Source: Lama glama
Taxonomy: Eukaryota
Length of the DNA: 64,000 nucleotides
Reading direction: 5' to 3'
Assembly (NCBI GenBank): GCA_028534125.1
Contig: CM052841.1
Coordinates: 62,062,001-62,126,000 of the forward strand
The translations under genes were made by a program, and so were the position numbers. This document shows, one piece after another, positions 49,300 through 61,288 of the stretch (the stretch's first letter is position 1; every line of letters begins with the position of its first letter). The notes below the pieces were generated by a model that saw nothing but the letters and a program-made list of their open reading frames with translations, searched no databases and was not told the origin of the DNA.

Positions 49300-50470
49300 A
49301 TTACAGTTTTATTGAGATAGAATTGATGAACAGTAAACTGCATAAATTTAAAGTGTATGGTTTGATAAGTTCTAATGTGTGACCACCCGTGAAACCATCA
49401 CCACAAGCCAGGCAGTGATTAGATCCCTGGGGTTTTGTATAAATGGAATCACACAGTATGAACTCCTTTTCATCTGGCTTCTCTCTCTCTCTCGGCATCA
49501 TTATTTTGAGATCCATCCACATTGTTGCTACGAAGGCCAATTATTCATTCCTTTTTACTGCCAAGTATTGTAGTATGAACGCACCATGGTCTTGTTCAAC
49601 CGCTCACCTGTTCATGGCCATTTGAGCTGGTTTTTGGTCTGTTAGGAATAATGCTGCTATGAACATTCCTGAACAAGTCTTTAGACAGACATATGCTTTC
49701 ATTCCTTTTGGGTAAATACCTCAGAGTGGATTTGCTGGATGTGTAGTAAGTGCCAGTTTAACCTTACAAGAACTGCAAAAATGTTTTCTTGTTTTTTGTA
49801 TATATGTATTTTGTAACTGAAGTATCGCCAGTTTACAAAGTTGTGTCAGTTTCTGGTGTACAGCACAATGCTTCAGTCATACATGAACATACATATGTTT
49901 TCATATTCTTTTTCACCATAAGTTACTACAAGATATAGACTGTAGTTCCCTGTGCTATACAGCATGAACTTGTTAGAACTGCAAAAATGCTTCCTGAAGT
50001 GGTTATTCCATTTTATATTCCTACCGGCAGGCCATGAGCGTTCCAGGTACTCCCTCACCAACACTTGGAATTACTGGTCTGTTTAAGTTTAGCCATTCCA
50101 GTCGGCAGTTAGTACTGTCTCACTGTGGTTTTAATTTGTACTTCCCTTATGACTAATGCTGTTGAGTATCTTTTTATGTGATTATTGGCTATTCATAAAT
50201 CTTTCTTTTGAAAAGTAACTGTTCAGATACTTTGCTCATTTTTAAGTTGAGCTGATTGTTTTATTACTGAGTTGTAGACATTGTTTGTGTCTTCTGGACA
50301 CAAGTCCTTTGTCAGAGGTATGTATTGCAAACATTTTCCTCCCAGTCTATAGTTTGCCTCTTTGTTCTCTTAATGATGACTTTTGAAGGGCAAAAGTGTA
50401 AAACATGGAGTTGAATTTATCAAGTTTTTCTTTTATAATTTGTGCTTTTTGTGTCCTTTCTAAAAAAAAT
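49300..50470 (-). mobile_element. L1MB-like 3' fragment (ORF2 end plus UTR)
   Basis: cagttttattgagatag, aaatggaatcacacagtatg, cactgtggttttaatttg, gacacaagtcctttgtcaga. Confidence 0.85.
49784..49974 (-). mobile_element. Young L1 3' end nested in the older L1
   Basis: 15-bp TSD AGAACTGCAAAAATG at 49769-83 and 49975-89. Confidence 0.9.
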
Positions 50471-51379
50471 CATTAAAAAAATCTCTGATAGTTTTAGGAG
50501 GAAGACAAATTAGGCATGTGGGATTAATCCATCATCTTACTAAAGAACTCTTAGCTCATTTTCTTTGATGGAAAATTCCCTTCCACCCTGCTTTGCACGT
50601 CCTTCCATCACAAGAGATCAGAGGGACATGGTAGAATGAGCAAGAGGACCCTCCTTTCACACCTGGCTCCAACCACTCACAGTTCTGTAGCCTTGGGGAA
50701 GTCATTAAATGTCTTTGGGCCTTAGTTTCTCAATCCAGGGAGTAAGGGAAACATCATGACCTCAGGGGCAGGTGGCCAGGTCAGACACGGAGAAGGCTAT
50801 CACAGGCTTGGGGCTCTGCAGGTAAACCAGTGGCCTTCTGGGCAGCTGGTGGTGGACTTTCAGCCACCTCAGACCTTTACTATCAGGGGTCAAGTTTGGC
50901 AGGCTCTCACACTCTCACTGCCGTGGAGGGAGGTTTAGGCCAAAAAGCAGAGGGGAACCAGAATCACACAACTTGTCCAGGTGGGGCAGGGCCGCTGACT
51001 TCTGTTCCTAAGCTGTCTCCACACCCAGAGACGCCTCTGGGCTAGACGGTCTGGTAGAACTGGCCATGGCTTCTCTCTGGGGTGGTGGAAGAGCCCGCTC
51101 CCCTCCAGGACAAGACACTCCTGAGGCCTCCCTCCAGCCTCACCCGTCCCCACCCTCCAGCCTGGGACCTCCTAGGCTGTGCCCAAAGCTGTTGTTGTCT
51201 AGTGCCACCTACAGGACATGTGGAGAATAACATACCACACAGCTTCCCCCCAAAGAGGATTCCTGAAACGCTGGGCTGGGAAGGCCCCCGAGTACAGAGT
51301 GCCCCCCTGTGGCCACCCAGAGCTCCGCGCCTTACGTAGGTTTCCAGTGACATCAACTGAACTATGTATGACACACTTC

Positions 51380-51822
51380 CTTAATACCTAGAAATTTTAT
51401 TTTTATATTTATTGAATGCACTCTTTTAAACTAAGACACTTTTATAACATATCACTATTATGCATACATAAAAAGGAAACTATGATCAAAATAATTTAGT
51501 AAAAATATTTCTGAAACTTTCGCACATGAGGAATCTGACTTTTCTGCATCATTTTTTCACTGGGAGTCAGTCATTGAGGTGTATGTTGTCCCAGACAATA
51601 TTGTCCTGTATCATCAGGAGCATGAGTGATGCAAATTTACTTCAGAATATGCCACTCTAATCTCAGGGATGTCCTTCCAAGCTGCAAGTTTTGATGCACA
51701 TGTGCAGGTATTGGAAAATATGTCACAGTTGCTACCTGGTCGCTGCAGTTGTAAAATACGTCCTGATTGCAGAGATGTAAAAATGTAGGATGCAAACACA
51801 TCTTCGAATGGATGAAGTATGG
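51380..51822 (-). mobile_element. TcMar-Tc2 (Kanga/MER104-like) fragment
   Basis: gcagagatgtaaaaatgt...catcttcgaatggatgaagtatgg terminus. Confidence 0.5.
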
Positions 51823-51834
51823 TGTTAGCACCAC

Positions 51835-52270
51835 TTGTTCAACAAAGTTCCTGGAGTGCCTACTCTATGCCAGGCCTGTGCAAGGAGTAGGAGACACAGC
51901 CCCAAACAGGACTGTCTCATCCCCGCTCTCAGGGAGCTCACTGGGTGACAGAAAGACAGACATCAAACAAATAATCACACAGACAGCATTGTTTAATGAC
52001 CATGATTGTGCAATGAGAAGGGTCAGCAGCAGGCATCATTGTGTCTGACCCTGTGGCATCTGAGTGCTGATAAATGAATAGGACCAAGCTAGAGAGAGGG
52101 GCTGAAGACATGCAAGGCAGACAGAAGAGCATATGCAAAGGCCCTGGGGTCGGGGGAAGAGTTGAGGGGCTCCAGTGTGGCTGGAGTGTGATGGATGAGG
52201 GGAAGAGTGGCAGGAACTGGAGCTGGAGAGGAGGGAAGAGGCATATCCAAAGCAAATTGAGGAGATATTG
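51835..52270 (-). mobile_element. L2 3' fragment
   Basis: ttcaacaaagttcctggagtgcctactctatgccaggc; tgcaaaggccctgggg. Confidence 0.75.
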
Positions 52271-53324
52271 CAGGCTTTTAATTTGAGATAGAAACAGGAG
52301 TACAAAGAGGCTAAATAACATGCCAAGGCATAGAAAGTGATGGAGACAGCACTGGAACTAGGGTGTGGCTGGTTCCAACACCCATGGTTTCGATCCTCGC
52401 TGGAAGGGACAGAGAGAACTGACTACCTGATTCACCTCTTCACTGTCCAGCTAAGGAGACTGGGGCCCAGGAAGGGGAACAGGCTGGGGTGAAGTCACAT
52501 AGCAGGACAGGGGATAATCTAGAGTCCAGGTCTCCAGGCTCCCAGCCCCCCTCTTACACCCAGCTCCAGCAGTCCTGGCCTGACCTTGGGCAAGGTCCCC
52601 CTCCCTGTGTCCCAGCAAAACTGCTGGTGTTTGGAGACCAAAGGGCTGTTCTTTCTTAGGTCCCAGGTAGCTATGTCCACCAAGTGTTTCCTGTTCCTAG
52701 TTTGCACTGGTGGTGGCTGGTTACAGCCTGAATCCTGGAGTCTTCTCAGGCCAGGCCAGGCTCAGGGTGGACCCAGGCCCTTGAAGCAGTCGGGTGAGAC
52801 CTGCAAGGCACTTTCCTCCAGCCACCCTGCCGGGAACTGGTCAAATTTCAGCCCCCACCCCCACCTCCGACCTCCCAGTCCCTCTGAGCCTTCCACCCAG
52901 GCTTCACGGCAAAAGGGCTCCGAGCACTCAGAGCATGGTACCAAGACCCCAGGTCGGCCAGCCAGGCATGTCTGCAGCCCATCCTGTCAGCACAACCCCA
53001 GGACCAAAGATCCTGGGACAGACAACTTACTGCTATTGCTTGTTTATTTTTTCAGGAAAAATTCCTAGAACAGAACTTGCTGAGTCAAAGGAACCCACGT
53101 TTAAAGATTTTGATGAACTATCAGCAAATAGCCCTTCTAGGATTTTGCACCAGTTTTCACTCCTTGTAACAGAGCGTCAGTGTGTTTCCTGCTTGAGGAC
53201 CCTCTCTTTTATTTTCGCCAGTCAGATGGGCCAGCTCCTCTTACTGCTATTTGAATTTGCACTGTTTGTCATTGAAGAGAGGTTCTCAGACTCAGTGTAT
53301 ATGAAAGTGGTCTAAGGCATTTGT

Positions 53325-54345
53325 CACAAAAATGAAAAGGCAGGCACAGACTGGAGAAAATATTTGCAAAACCACAGCCAGGAAAGGACCTGTATTTAGA
53401 TCTATAAAGAACTCTACACAGGTGGGTATAGCTCAGTGGTAGAGCACATGCTTAGCATGTACAAGGTCCTGGGTTCAATCCCCAGTAGGAAAAAAGAAAA
53501 AGAACTCTAAACACTTATTAATAAGAGGACAATTTAAGTAGAATAGACACCTCATCAAAGAAGATATACAGATGGCAAGTAACCACACCTTTAGTCTTAG
53601 GGAAATGCAAATTAAAACCACAACGAGACATGACTTCACATCTATCACAATGGTCAAAATTAAAACCCCACCAAGTGTTGGCAAGAACGTGGAGCCACCA
53701 GGACTCTCCTACACTGGTGGTGGGAATGTAAAACGATACAACCACTTTCGAAAAGTGATTTGGCAGTTTCTTCAAATATTAAACGTACACCAACCATAGG
53801 ATCCAGCCATTTCACTCCTGGGTATTTATTCAAGGGACTATAAGTATTGGACCCATAAGGACTGGTACACAAGGGTTCACAGCAGCTTGATCCGTGATAG
53901 CTAAATATTGGAATAACTTAAATATCCACCACTCTGTGATTGAATAGATAAGCAAATTATGAGGTATCCTACTTAGCAAGAAAAGAGTGAACTACTGATA
54001 AACAAATGAACATGGATGCATCTCAAAATAATTAGGCTTAGTGAAAAAAGCCAGACAAAGCCAGACAGTACATGCTGCATGGCTTCATTGAGGTAAAATG
54101 CTGGAAAATGCAGACTCATCTCTAGTGACAGAAAGCAGATCCTGCGATTGCTCGTGGAAGAGGGTGTGCAGGGGATGAGGGATGATTATAAAGGGGCATC
54201 AAGGTGCTGAGGGAGATTTTCATGACATCCTTACTGTTTAATTGTAATGATGGCTTCACAGATATACATACATACTGATCAAATTGGTAGATATATGGGC
54301 TTATATGTTGATTATACCTAAATAAAATCGTAAAAAAAAAAAATA
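53325..54345 (+). mobile_element. L1 3' fragment (L1MB-like), apparently inserted in a MER5A
   Basis: gaaaatatttgcaaa, ggaaatgcaaattaaaaccac, gtgaaaaaagccagaca, A-tail 54332-43. Confidence 0.85.
53421..53498 (+). mobile_element. tRNA-Ala(AGC)-derived SINE, short form, inside L1
   Basis: gggtatagctcagtggtagagcacatgcttagcatgtacaaggtcctgggttcaatccccagta; TSD AAAGAACTCTA at 53406-16 and 53499-53509. Confidence 0.9.
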
Positions 54346-54453
54346 CACCAGATCCACCCAGTGATCGCAGCTTCCACGTGTAGGGTCCAGGAATCTGCAT
54401 TTTAAACAGATTCCAGGCAATTTCAAAGCACACCGAAGTCTGAGAAGCACTGT
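54346..54453 (+). mobile_element. MER5A-like 3' half (5' half ~53278-53324)
   Basis: ccaggaatctgcattttaaacag...aagtctgagaagcactg. Confidence 0.65.
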
Positions 54454-54614
54454 TGTAGCGAAATGCTTCTGCCACCCATACCCCATGTCACCAAGACCTC
54501 CCCTGATGGAAGAAGTGGTTTAAGCGGGGGCTTCTCTGTGAGGACCGCTGCATAGGAGGGGAGGGTGTCGTGAATCACAGCGCTGGTCACTTTACAGATA
54601 AGAAGACTGAGGCC

Positions 54615-55030
54615 TTGAGAAACTACATCTTAGGTAAGTCTCTTGGTTACAAGTAGCAGAAGTCACTTGTTAGTTACTGCAAAAAGTGGAAGGAACTGTA
54701 AAAATATGCGGTTCCGCAGGCAGTGGGAAAGGGGGTCAGGGTTGGGGAACTTTTGTGACTGTGGTCACTTCTGTTGGACACACTCAGCCCTACCTCTCTT
54801 CCTGTGTTTCCCCCCTTCCTCTCCCTCTTCTTGGTTTGTGAAGTGGAAGAAGGTTCAAATAGCCACAAAGACTGAGGGGGGTCTCTGGATCCCAGTTCCA
54901 AATTTGGAGGAAAGAAAACCAGTTGGCCCAGTTTGGACCAGGTATCCTCTCCTCGTCCAATCAGCTGTGGCCAGATGGGCGGAACCATGTGGTTGAAACA
55001 TGGAGGGAGGAGAGTGGAAAGGAGGAGGGG
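54615..55030 (-). mobile_element. MLT1K/L-type LTR fragment
   Basis: tcttggttacaagtagcagaa; ggttggcccagtttggaccagg...gtccaatcagctgtggcca. Confidence 0.5.
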
Positions 55031-55039
55031 CAGAGGCCA

Positions 55040-55225
55040 CCAGCGTTCTCAACTTTGAGGTTTCGTCAGAATCACGTGGTAGCTTATTGAGAATCCACAC
55101 CCCACCCCCACCATGACACCACCAGCATCTGTTTCAGTTGGTCTGAAGTGGGGCTCAGAAATGGGCCTTAACAGCCCAGATGATCCTAAAGCTAAATCTT
55201 CTCTGGTTATAGCTTGAGAAATAGC
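55040..55225 (+). mobile_element. MER5-like hAT fragment
   Basis: gttctcaactttg...cagaatcacgtgg...tcagttggtctgaagtggggctcaga. Confidence 0.55.
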
Positions 55226-55289
55226 TAGTCTAAGTCCATACTCTGAAGATATTTGGAACTGGAATCTGAATCATAGACCTTTAGGATGG

Positions 55290-55820
55290 GAAAAAGCATT
55301 AGGACTCTCAGCTGCTAATGACGAACACCTGCTGAAAATGACATACGCAAAACTGGAGATTTGAAGGTGCTATTACTGGTGCATCCAAGAGGGTAGATCT
55401 AGCTTCAGAATACTGCTAGGTTCCAGTACTCAAACCCCAGCTGAAATCTTTCTCCATCCTCTGTGTAGCCTTTCCTGGGTTTGCTTCCTTATTAGGTCAC
55501 TCCATCCATGAGGTGACCTTCCCAGAGCTTCAGATTTTTGTCCCACAAGTTTGGAAACGTCAATGGAAAGAACAAAAGTCCCAGGGCAGACTCCCATTGG
55601 TCCAGCTGGGTCATGTGCTCACCCTTAATTGATCACTGTGGACAGAGGAATGTGTTACTCTCATGGACCGGTCCTTGGCCACATCCTTACCACTGAAGCC
55701 TGAATCAGGATCCCTCCCTCAAACTGCATGGACTAAGAGTGGAGGAGGGATGGGATTTCTCAAGGAAAAACCAGAGGGCAACAGCCAGGAGGGGCCCTGG
55801 GTGCTGAGCAGGCACTAAAA
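55290..55820 (-). mobile_element. MLT1K-type LTR fragment
   Basis: aaaagtcccagggcagactcccattggtccagctgggtcatgtgctcacc. Confidence 0.55.
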
Positions 55821-57167
55821 ACAGCCCGAGATCATGGAGGCCTTTTGGTTTAACCTCCCACCAGGGCAGGACCTTGTTGGAGGCCTCTCTGCAAACAGTG
55901 CTTCTGCCAGCCCCAGCCTCAGTGGGCATCCCCTGCAGTGGCCAATTCTCAGTTGTGCTTGGTTCCTGACAGGCAGGTGAAGTGTGAGTATCATTGCCAC
56001 ACGTGCCAAGACTGACTCAGCTTAGAGCCGAGCAAAGAGCCCACCCCAGCTCCTCCCAGTGAGTCAGCCCAGCCTGGGCAAAGGAGGGGTGTCCAGGAGG
56101 GGCCTCCTTACTAGAAACCATTCCGGCTAGAATGGTCAAGCCCCATTTTAGGGATGAGGAGACCAAGGCACAAGAGACAGAGGTATCCGGCACCCAGGCC
56201 TCCTGCCTACTAACCTCTGCCTCCAGCTGCCTTCTTCTGGCTCCTCCCGAGGGGTACAGGCTGGTCCCCAAAGGGGAGCTTGCAAACTGACTCCCATGGC
56301 TTGACTTAAGCCTACAGGCGTGCATTGTTGGTCTTGCACAGGGTTTACAATTATTCAGTATATTCAAAAAATTTATACTGGGATGTTTCACATAAAAGCC
56401 CAGATTTCTGGCTGCTCTTGTAAAAAGGGACTGTCTGGCAGGATGGGCCCACATTCCTGCCTGGCAGGATTGCCCGAAGTCTCCGAAGTCTCTGTCTAGA
56501 GTTCACCTCTATCTTGCTAACCACCTGAAGATGCAGGCAGGAACTTGTTATCTGAGTGGCTGTAGGCTGTAGGCCACAGGATCCGCAGAATCCTTGGAGA
56601 ATGTGGGGTGAGGGGTCCTCAGATGGGCCCCTTCCTGCCTCTTCGTCTCTTCATATCCATTACCTTCTACAGGCCGGGCCCTCACAACACTCACCCACTC
56701 CATTTATCTCTTTAATCCTCCCACAGCTCCCAGCAGGAGGGGCTGCGCAGGAGGGGAAACCCCACCACCCAGCGGGGACATGACCTGCCCAAGGCCACAG
56801 CACTCAGGCGGGACAGGGCCACTTGGGGTGGGATTCCTGATACACCTGTCACAGGTCCAGGGTCCAGGCCACAGCTCCGGAAGGCTGATTCATGCTCAGG
56901 TTCTCAGGAGAGGTTGACTCACAAGGAGTCCGGACACACCTGGGCGGGGCCTCTCAGCTCCACCACTTGTAAATGGCGTGCCACCGGGTGAGTCCCGGCT
57001 TTGCTCTCCTCAGCTATCAAATGGGGGAATGCCAAGCAGCTTACAGGAGTGCTGTTGGCGTTTAACTCAATCAATACTGCAATAAAAAAGCGTATTAAAT
57101 AGATATCCAGGGACTGTGGTAGGCACTTGACAAGAAACTATGAAACTAAGACAGATGTTGCTATGGG

Positions 57168-57538
57168 ACAATTGTTCTTAACTGGAGGGGATTTGGCCCA
57201 CCCAGGGGACAGCTGGCCATGGCTGGACACATTTCTTTTCTTTTTTTAAATTTGTTTGTTTGTTTGTTTGTTGGGGAGGTAATTAGGTATTGATTTATTT
57301 AAAGGAGGCACTGGGGATTGAACCCAGGACCTCATGCATGCTAAGCACACCCTCTACCACTGAGCTCTACCCTCCCTCCCCTGGATCCATTTCTGATTGT
57401 TACAACTGGCAGGGGAAATGCTAGTTGGTATCCAGTATATAGAGGTCAGGATGTGGCTAAACACCTTCTCATGCATAGGACAGACCCTCACAACAAGGAA
57501 TGATCCAGCCCCAAATGATCACTGTGCTGAGAAGCCCT
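57168..57538 (+). mobile_element. MER20 split by a SINE
   Basis: ggggatttggcccacccaggggaca ... agaggtcaggatgtggctaaacacc...caggacagaccctcacaacaaggaatgatcc. Confidence 0.8.
57237..57380 (-). mobile_element. tRNA-Ala(AGC)-derived SINE, long form with (AAAC)n tail
   Basis: Imperfect TSD CTGGA(CA/TC)CATTTCT at 57223-36 and 57381-94. Confidence 0.9.
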
Positions 57539-57735
57539 CCTGTAGTAGGACCCAAACATTTTAAAGCGCAGTTACAAGAAAGAGAGAGAAAAAAAGTGTG
57601 AGTACAGCATAGTGAGAGGGAGGAAACAGTGTGACCCACGAAGGCTCCCTGGAGGAAGTGACACCCAAGCTGGATGTAAAAGATGAATAGGAGTTAGGAA
57701 AATGATGAGGAAGGTGGAAAGAGCCTGGCATTTTT

Positions 57736-57896
57736 TTCCTCCTCATTTAAGTTTTTAAAATTATAGTCAGTTTACAATGTTGTGTCAATTTCTGGTGTAC
57801 AGCATAATGTTTCAGTCATATACATATACATACATATATTCGTTCTCATATTCTTTTTCATTATAGGTTAGTACAAGATATTGAATATAGTTTCTA
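57736..57896 (-). mobile_element. Young L1 3' end nested in an L2 (~57560-58330)
   Basis: 14-bp TSD AGCCTGGCATTTTT at 57722-35 and 57897-57910. Confidence 0.88.
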
Positions 57897-59096
57897 AGCC
57901 TGGCATTTTTAAGGAAGTAAATTTTCTTTTGTTTTCCCCCACCACCCAATTTTATTGAGATATAAATGGCAAGGAATAAACTTTCAGTGTGGCTGGAAGG
58001 GAGTCCAAGGTGGGAAGCAGCATCAGACCATTTCTGGGGGTTACATTCAAGAGCTTATACTTCACCTTGAGAGTTGAGGAGTCTTTGAAGGATGCATTAG
58101 GGGCCACCTGGTTAAATTTGCTTCAAAAGACCCTCCTCAGAAGAGCCTAGAGGTAGGGAGGCCATGAGGGTCTCCAGTGGGTAACCCAGGTTTGAGAGAA
58201 ACTGGGGTTGGATTAGGGGAAAGAGAGCATGGAAAGATTTAAGGAAAGTCAGAAGGACTCTTAGCAGAGACTGGCTATGAGGGTGAGGCCGGGGGAGGAA
58301 TCCAGGATGTCACTAGGGCTTCCAGCCTGGGTAGTTGGGGGCAGGGAGGTGCCATTCGCAGAACTGGCTCTAGCCGGGAACAGAGTGGATGAGGTCGCTG
58401 AAGCCCAGAGGCTCCAGTGAGGGGATCAGTTGGAAAACAAGCAAGTCCACCTTGGGCGAGAGGTAGGGAGACAATGTGTTCTTGAGAAAGTGACACCCAG
58501 GCTAAGCCCCGAAGGGCTGCCCAGGAGTTGGATGGGGAGGAGGCGGGGCAGAGGAGGTGACTGCCCTGAGTCTGCTGAGAGCCAGCACATTCCAGCACAG
58601 CCTTTATGGTCAGGCCATTTTGAGAACCACATCCCCCTTTGCAAATATCCATACCGAGTTTACCTTGTCGTCATCTGTAACAAAAAGAGTGGGTTTGTCC
58701 CACCCATTCTTCTCAACAAACACCTTGCCTCCCTCTCTGGCCCCAGCCAATTTCTCCTGGAGTCAGAAAGTCTCTTCAGGGAGACTTCCAAGTGTGTCTG
58801 CACAGATGCGACCTACCTAGGCCCCAGGTCCCTTTCTAAGGTGCAAAAATTTCCAGACTAAAAGGAGTCAAAGTGAGCCAGATCCTGCCAGAGCTCTTCT
58901 CCTTCTAATCTCTTGACTCAAAGCTACAGGAAATGGAATACTTCAACAGATTACCTTTCAAAGTTTGGGGAGCTCCCTTGCCTCCTGATTGGTGGATTGC
59001 AGGGAGTCCTCAACTCCCCTAGGAATGTGCTGGAGAGGCTGCCTTTCATGCACCTGGAGTCCTCACTCCAATTTATAATAAAAGCATCATGTTAGC

Positions 59097-59657
59097 TTGT
59101 TTCCAAAGATGGTCACCAACAGGTCCTCCTCTTCCTGTATCAGGAGCCACACCTCCATCCAGAGGTGGAATCTATTCTTTCATCCCTTTGAATCTGGGCC
59201 AGCCTGAGATTTCATGACCAAGAGAATATGACAAAGTGGTGCTGTACCAGATCTAAGCCTAACTTTAAGAAGACCAGCAGTTTCCACCTCCTTACTCTTA
59301 GAACCCCAGCCACCATGCTGGGAGGGAGACGAAGCAGCTACACAGAGGGGCCCAGGTAGAGAACTGAGATCCCCGCCCCACTCCCAGCCCCAGATGACAG
59401 ATCCAGCAGAGTTCCCATTCCCTATCTAGCATTAGCTTGCAAGACATATGAGTCAGCTTTCTTGGAAGTTGATCCCCCAGGCCCAGTAGAACCACCCCAG
59501 GTTCAGTAGACCCACCCCAGCTGACATTGAGAAACACAGACAAAATGACCCCTCTGGGCCCTACACATACTGCAAAATCATGAACAATTAAATGATTATT
59601 GCTTTAAGTCTCTAAGTTTTGGAATGGTTTGTTACACAGCAGTAGCTCACTGAAACA
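59097..59657 (+). mobile_element. MLT1G/H-type MaLR solo LTR
   Basis: ccaaagatggtcaccaaca...agaggtggaatctatt...ctttgaatctgggc; 3' taagttttggaatggtttgttacacagcagtag. Confidence 0.8.
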
Positions 59658-60644
59658 GTTATCATGATTTAGCACCTATTCTGTGCCAGGCACTGTGCTA
59701 AGTGTTCTATGAGCATTCATTTGTTAATTCCTCATATTAACCTCATTAGAGAAGGATTTTTAGGTGAGGAAGCCAACTCTTGGAAAAATTAAATGACCCC
59801 ATGCCAGGGCACACAGCCAGTAAGTAAGAAGCATGCTGATTCCAAAGACCTGGGATGCATTTGTAAGGAATCCAGCTCCTGGCTACAAACCTACGTGTGA
59901 TCTTTCAGTCTCGACCATAGGCCATTTTGAAGGCTTTATGTGGCAGTCCCCACGTGCTCTTAGGCAAAGGTGCATTCCTAGCCTAGGTGCTTTCATTCGG
60001 AGGCCTCTTTATTGAGGGCCATCAGCGGAAGTCTTCCCCAGGTACCTCTGCCAAGACCTTCTTATCGGGAGGAATGGGGAGATACTTTGTTCTGACTCCA
60101 GTACTCACAACTTTTCCATTCCTGGCCCTTCCCACCCTTGTCCCCAGAACACACACACAAGTCCATAAAGCAAGGGCGTCCCTCAGCAGTGAAATGATCC
60201 CTTATCTGCAACACGTCTGACCCTGGCTGGCCCTGTCCCGTGGGGAACACTGGGACCCTACGGGGATGGCGCTTTCTCCCCTTGTTTATACCATCACAGT
60301 AAGTGACTGAAGGCTTGACTGCTACCCTCATTTCAGCTTGCTGTCTTAAGAGACTACTGAGAACGCGGCATCTCAGCTCTTGACAACTCGCTCAACCCGC
60401 CTCTTTCAAAACCTTTGTACCAGAGCCTCCGGGTGTCCAGCTCTTCCCTGTACTGGCCTTGGTTCCCATGCCCAGGCTACCCTCAGACCTTCCTACTCTC
60501 TGCTCTCCATGTCCTGGCAACCCTCTAGTTCCAGGGTCACATCTTTTTTCATCTGGCTGAAGCCACTTTTGACAAAGCTCTCACTGTGATCTCAAAAAGA
60601 GATGCCCTAGTTAGCTCTCCAGAGTATCAGATCCTGCGCTGATA

Positions 60645-60945
60645 ATGACAGCAGCCAGTATTTACTGGGCACTTGCTATGTCCGCCCTGGGGACACGCTC
60701 AGTGTTTTCCGTGCATGATCTCGTGAAATGTGTTCATACGTACAGTGCTTAGAATAGTGTCTGGACATACTAAGTGCTCAGTAAATGTGTAACACCCCAT
60801 GTCACCCCTGTCAGGTACGGACTATCATTCATCATCCTTATTTTCCAATGGAGAAAACTGAGGCCCAGAAAAGCTGAGACACAGTGAATAAGGGGTGGAG
60901 CCCATCTCAAGCCCAAACCTGCCAGAGCCCATGTCCAAGCACTGC
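60645..60945 (-). mobile_element. MIR, with an oppositely oriented MIR 3' piece at ~60735-60790
   Basis: gagaaaactgaggcccaga; inner gtgcttagaatagtgtctggacatactaagtgctcagtaaatg. Confidence 0.65.
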
Positions 60946-61219
60946 CTCTCCCGGCCTGCTGTGCAAACCGTATTGAATAAGAAACCTCTGGGTAAAATAC
61001 AGTTCACAAAGGGAATCTTTGTGAAAGACTTCCAACAAAATGGCTTAAAATGTAAAAGATTTCAAAAACTTGAAGTAGTAAGCGTCAGTGGCCTGGAGGA
61101 TTTCCTTTACACAAAACTCCACATTTTAGGAAGGATTCCAAAGAAATCGCTCCCATGTAAGTGACCGTTCTCCACCAGCGCCATCAAGGTGCAAAACCAC
61201 CCTTTTCCCTTCCCTTTGG

Positions 61220-61288
61220 CACTTGAAAGGGAACACAGTGATCTCTCCTATAGGGAGTAGGAGAGATCACTGTGTTCCCTTTCAAGTG
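61220..61288. repeat. Perfect 31-bp inverted repeat with 7-nt spacer
   Basis: CACTTGAAAGGGAACACAGTGATCTCTCCTA (61220-50), TAGGGAG spacer, exact reverse complement at 61258-88. Confidence 0.98.

Noticed and set aside
53421-53490. tRNA-Ala(AGC) genes at the SINE heads
   Set aside because: TSDs, A-rich tails, broken acceptor stems and multiple dispersed copies show retroposed SINEs
56464-56481. 9-bp tandem duplication CCGAAGTCT x2 (similar at 48831 and 42051)
   Set aside because: Ordinary slippage micro-duplications
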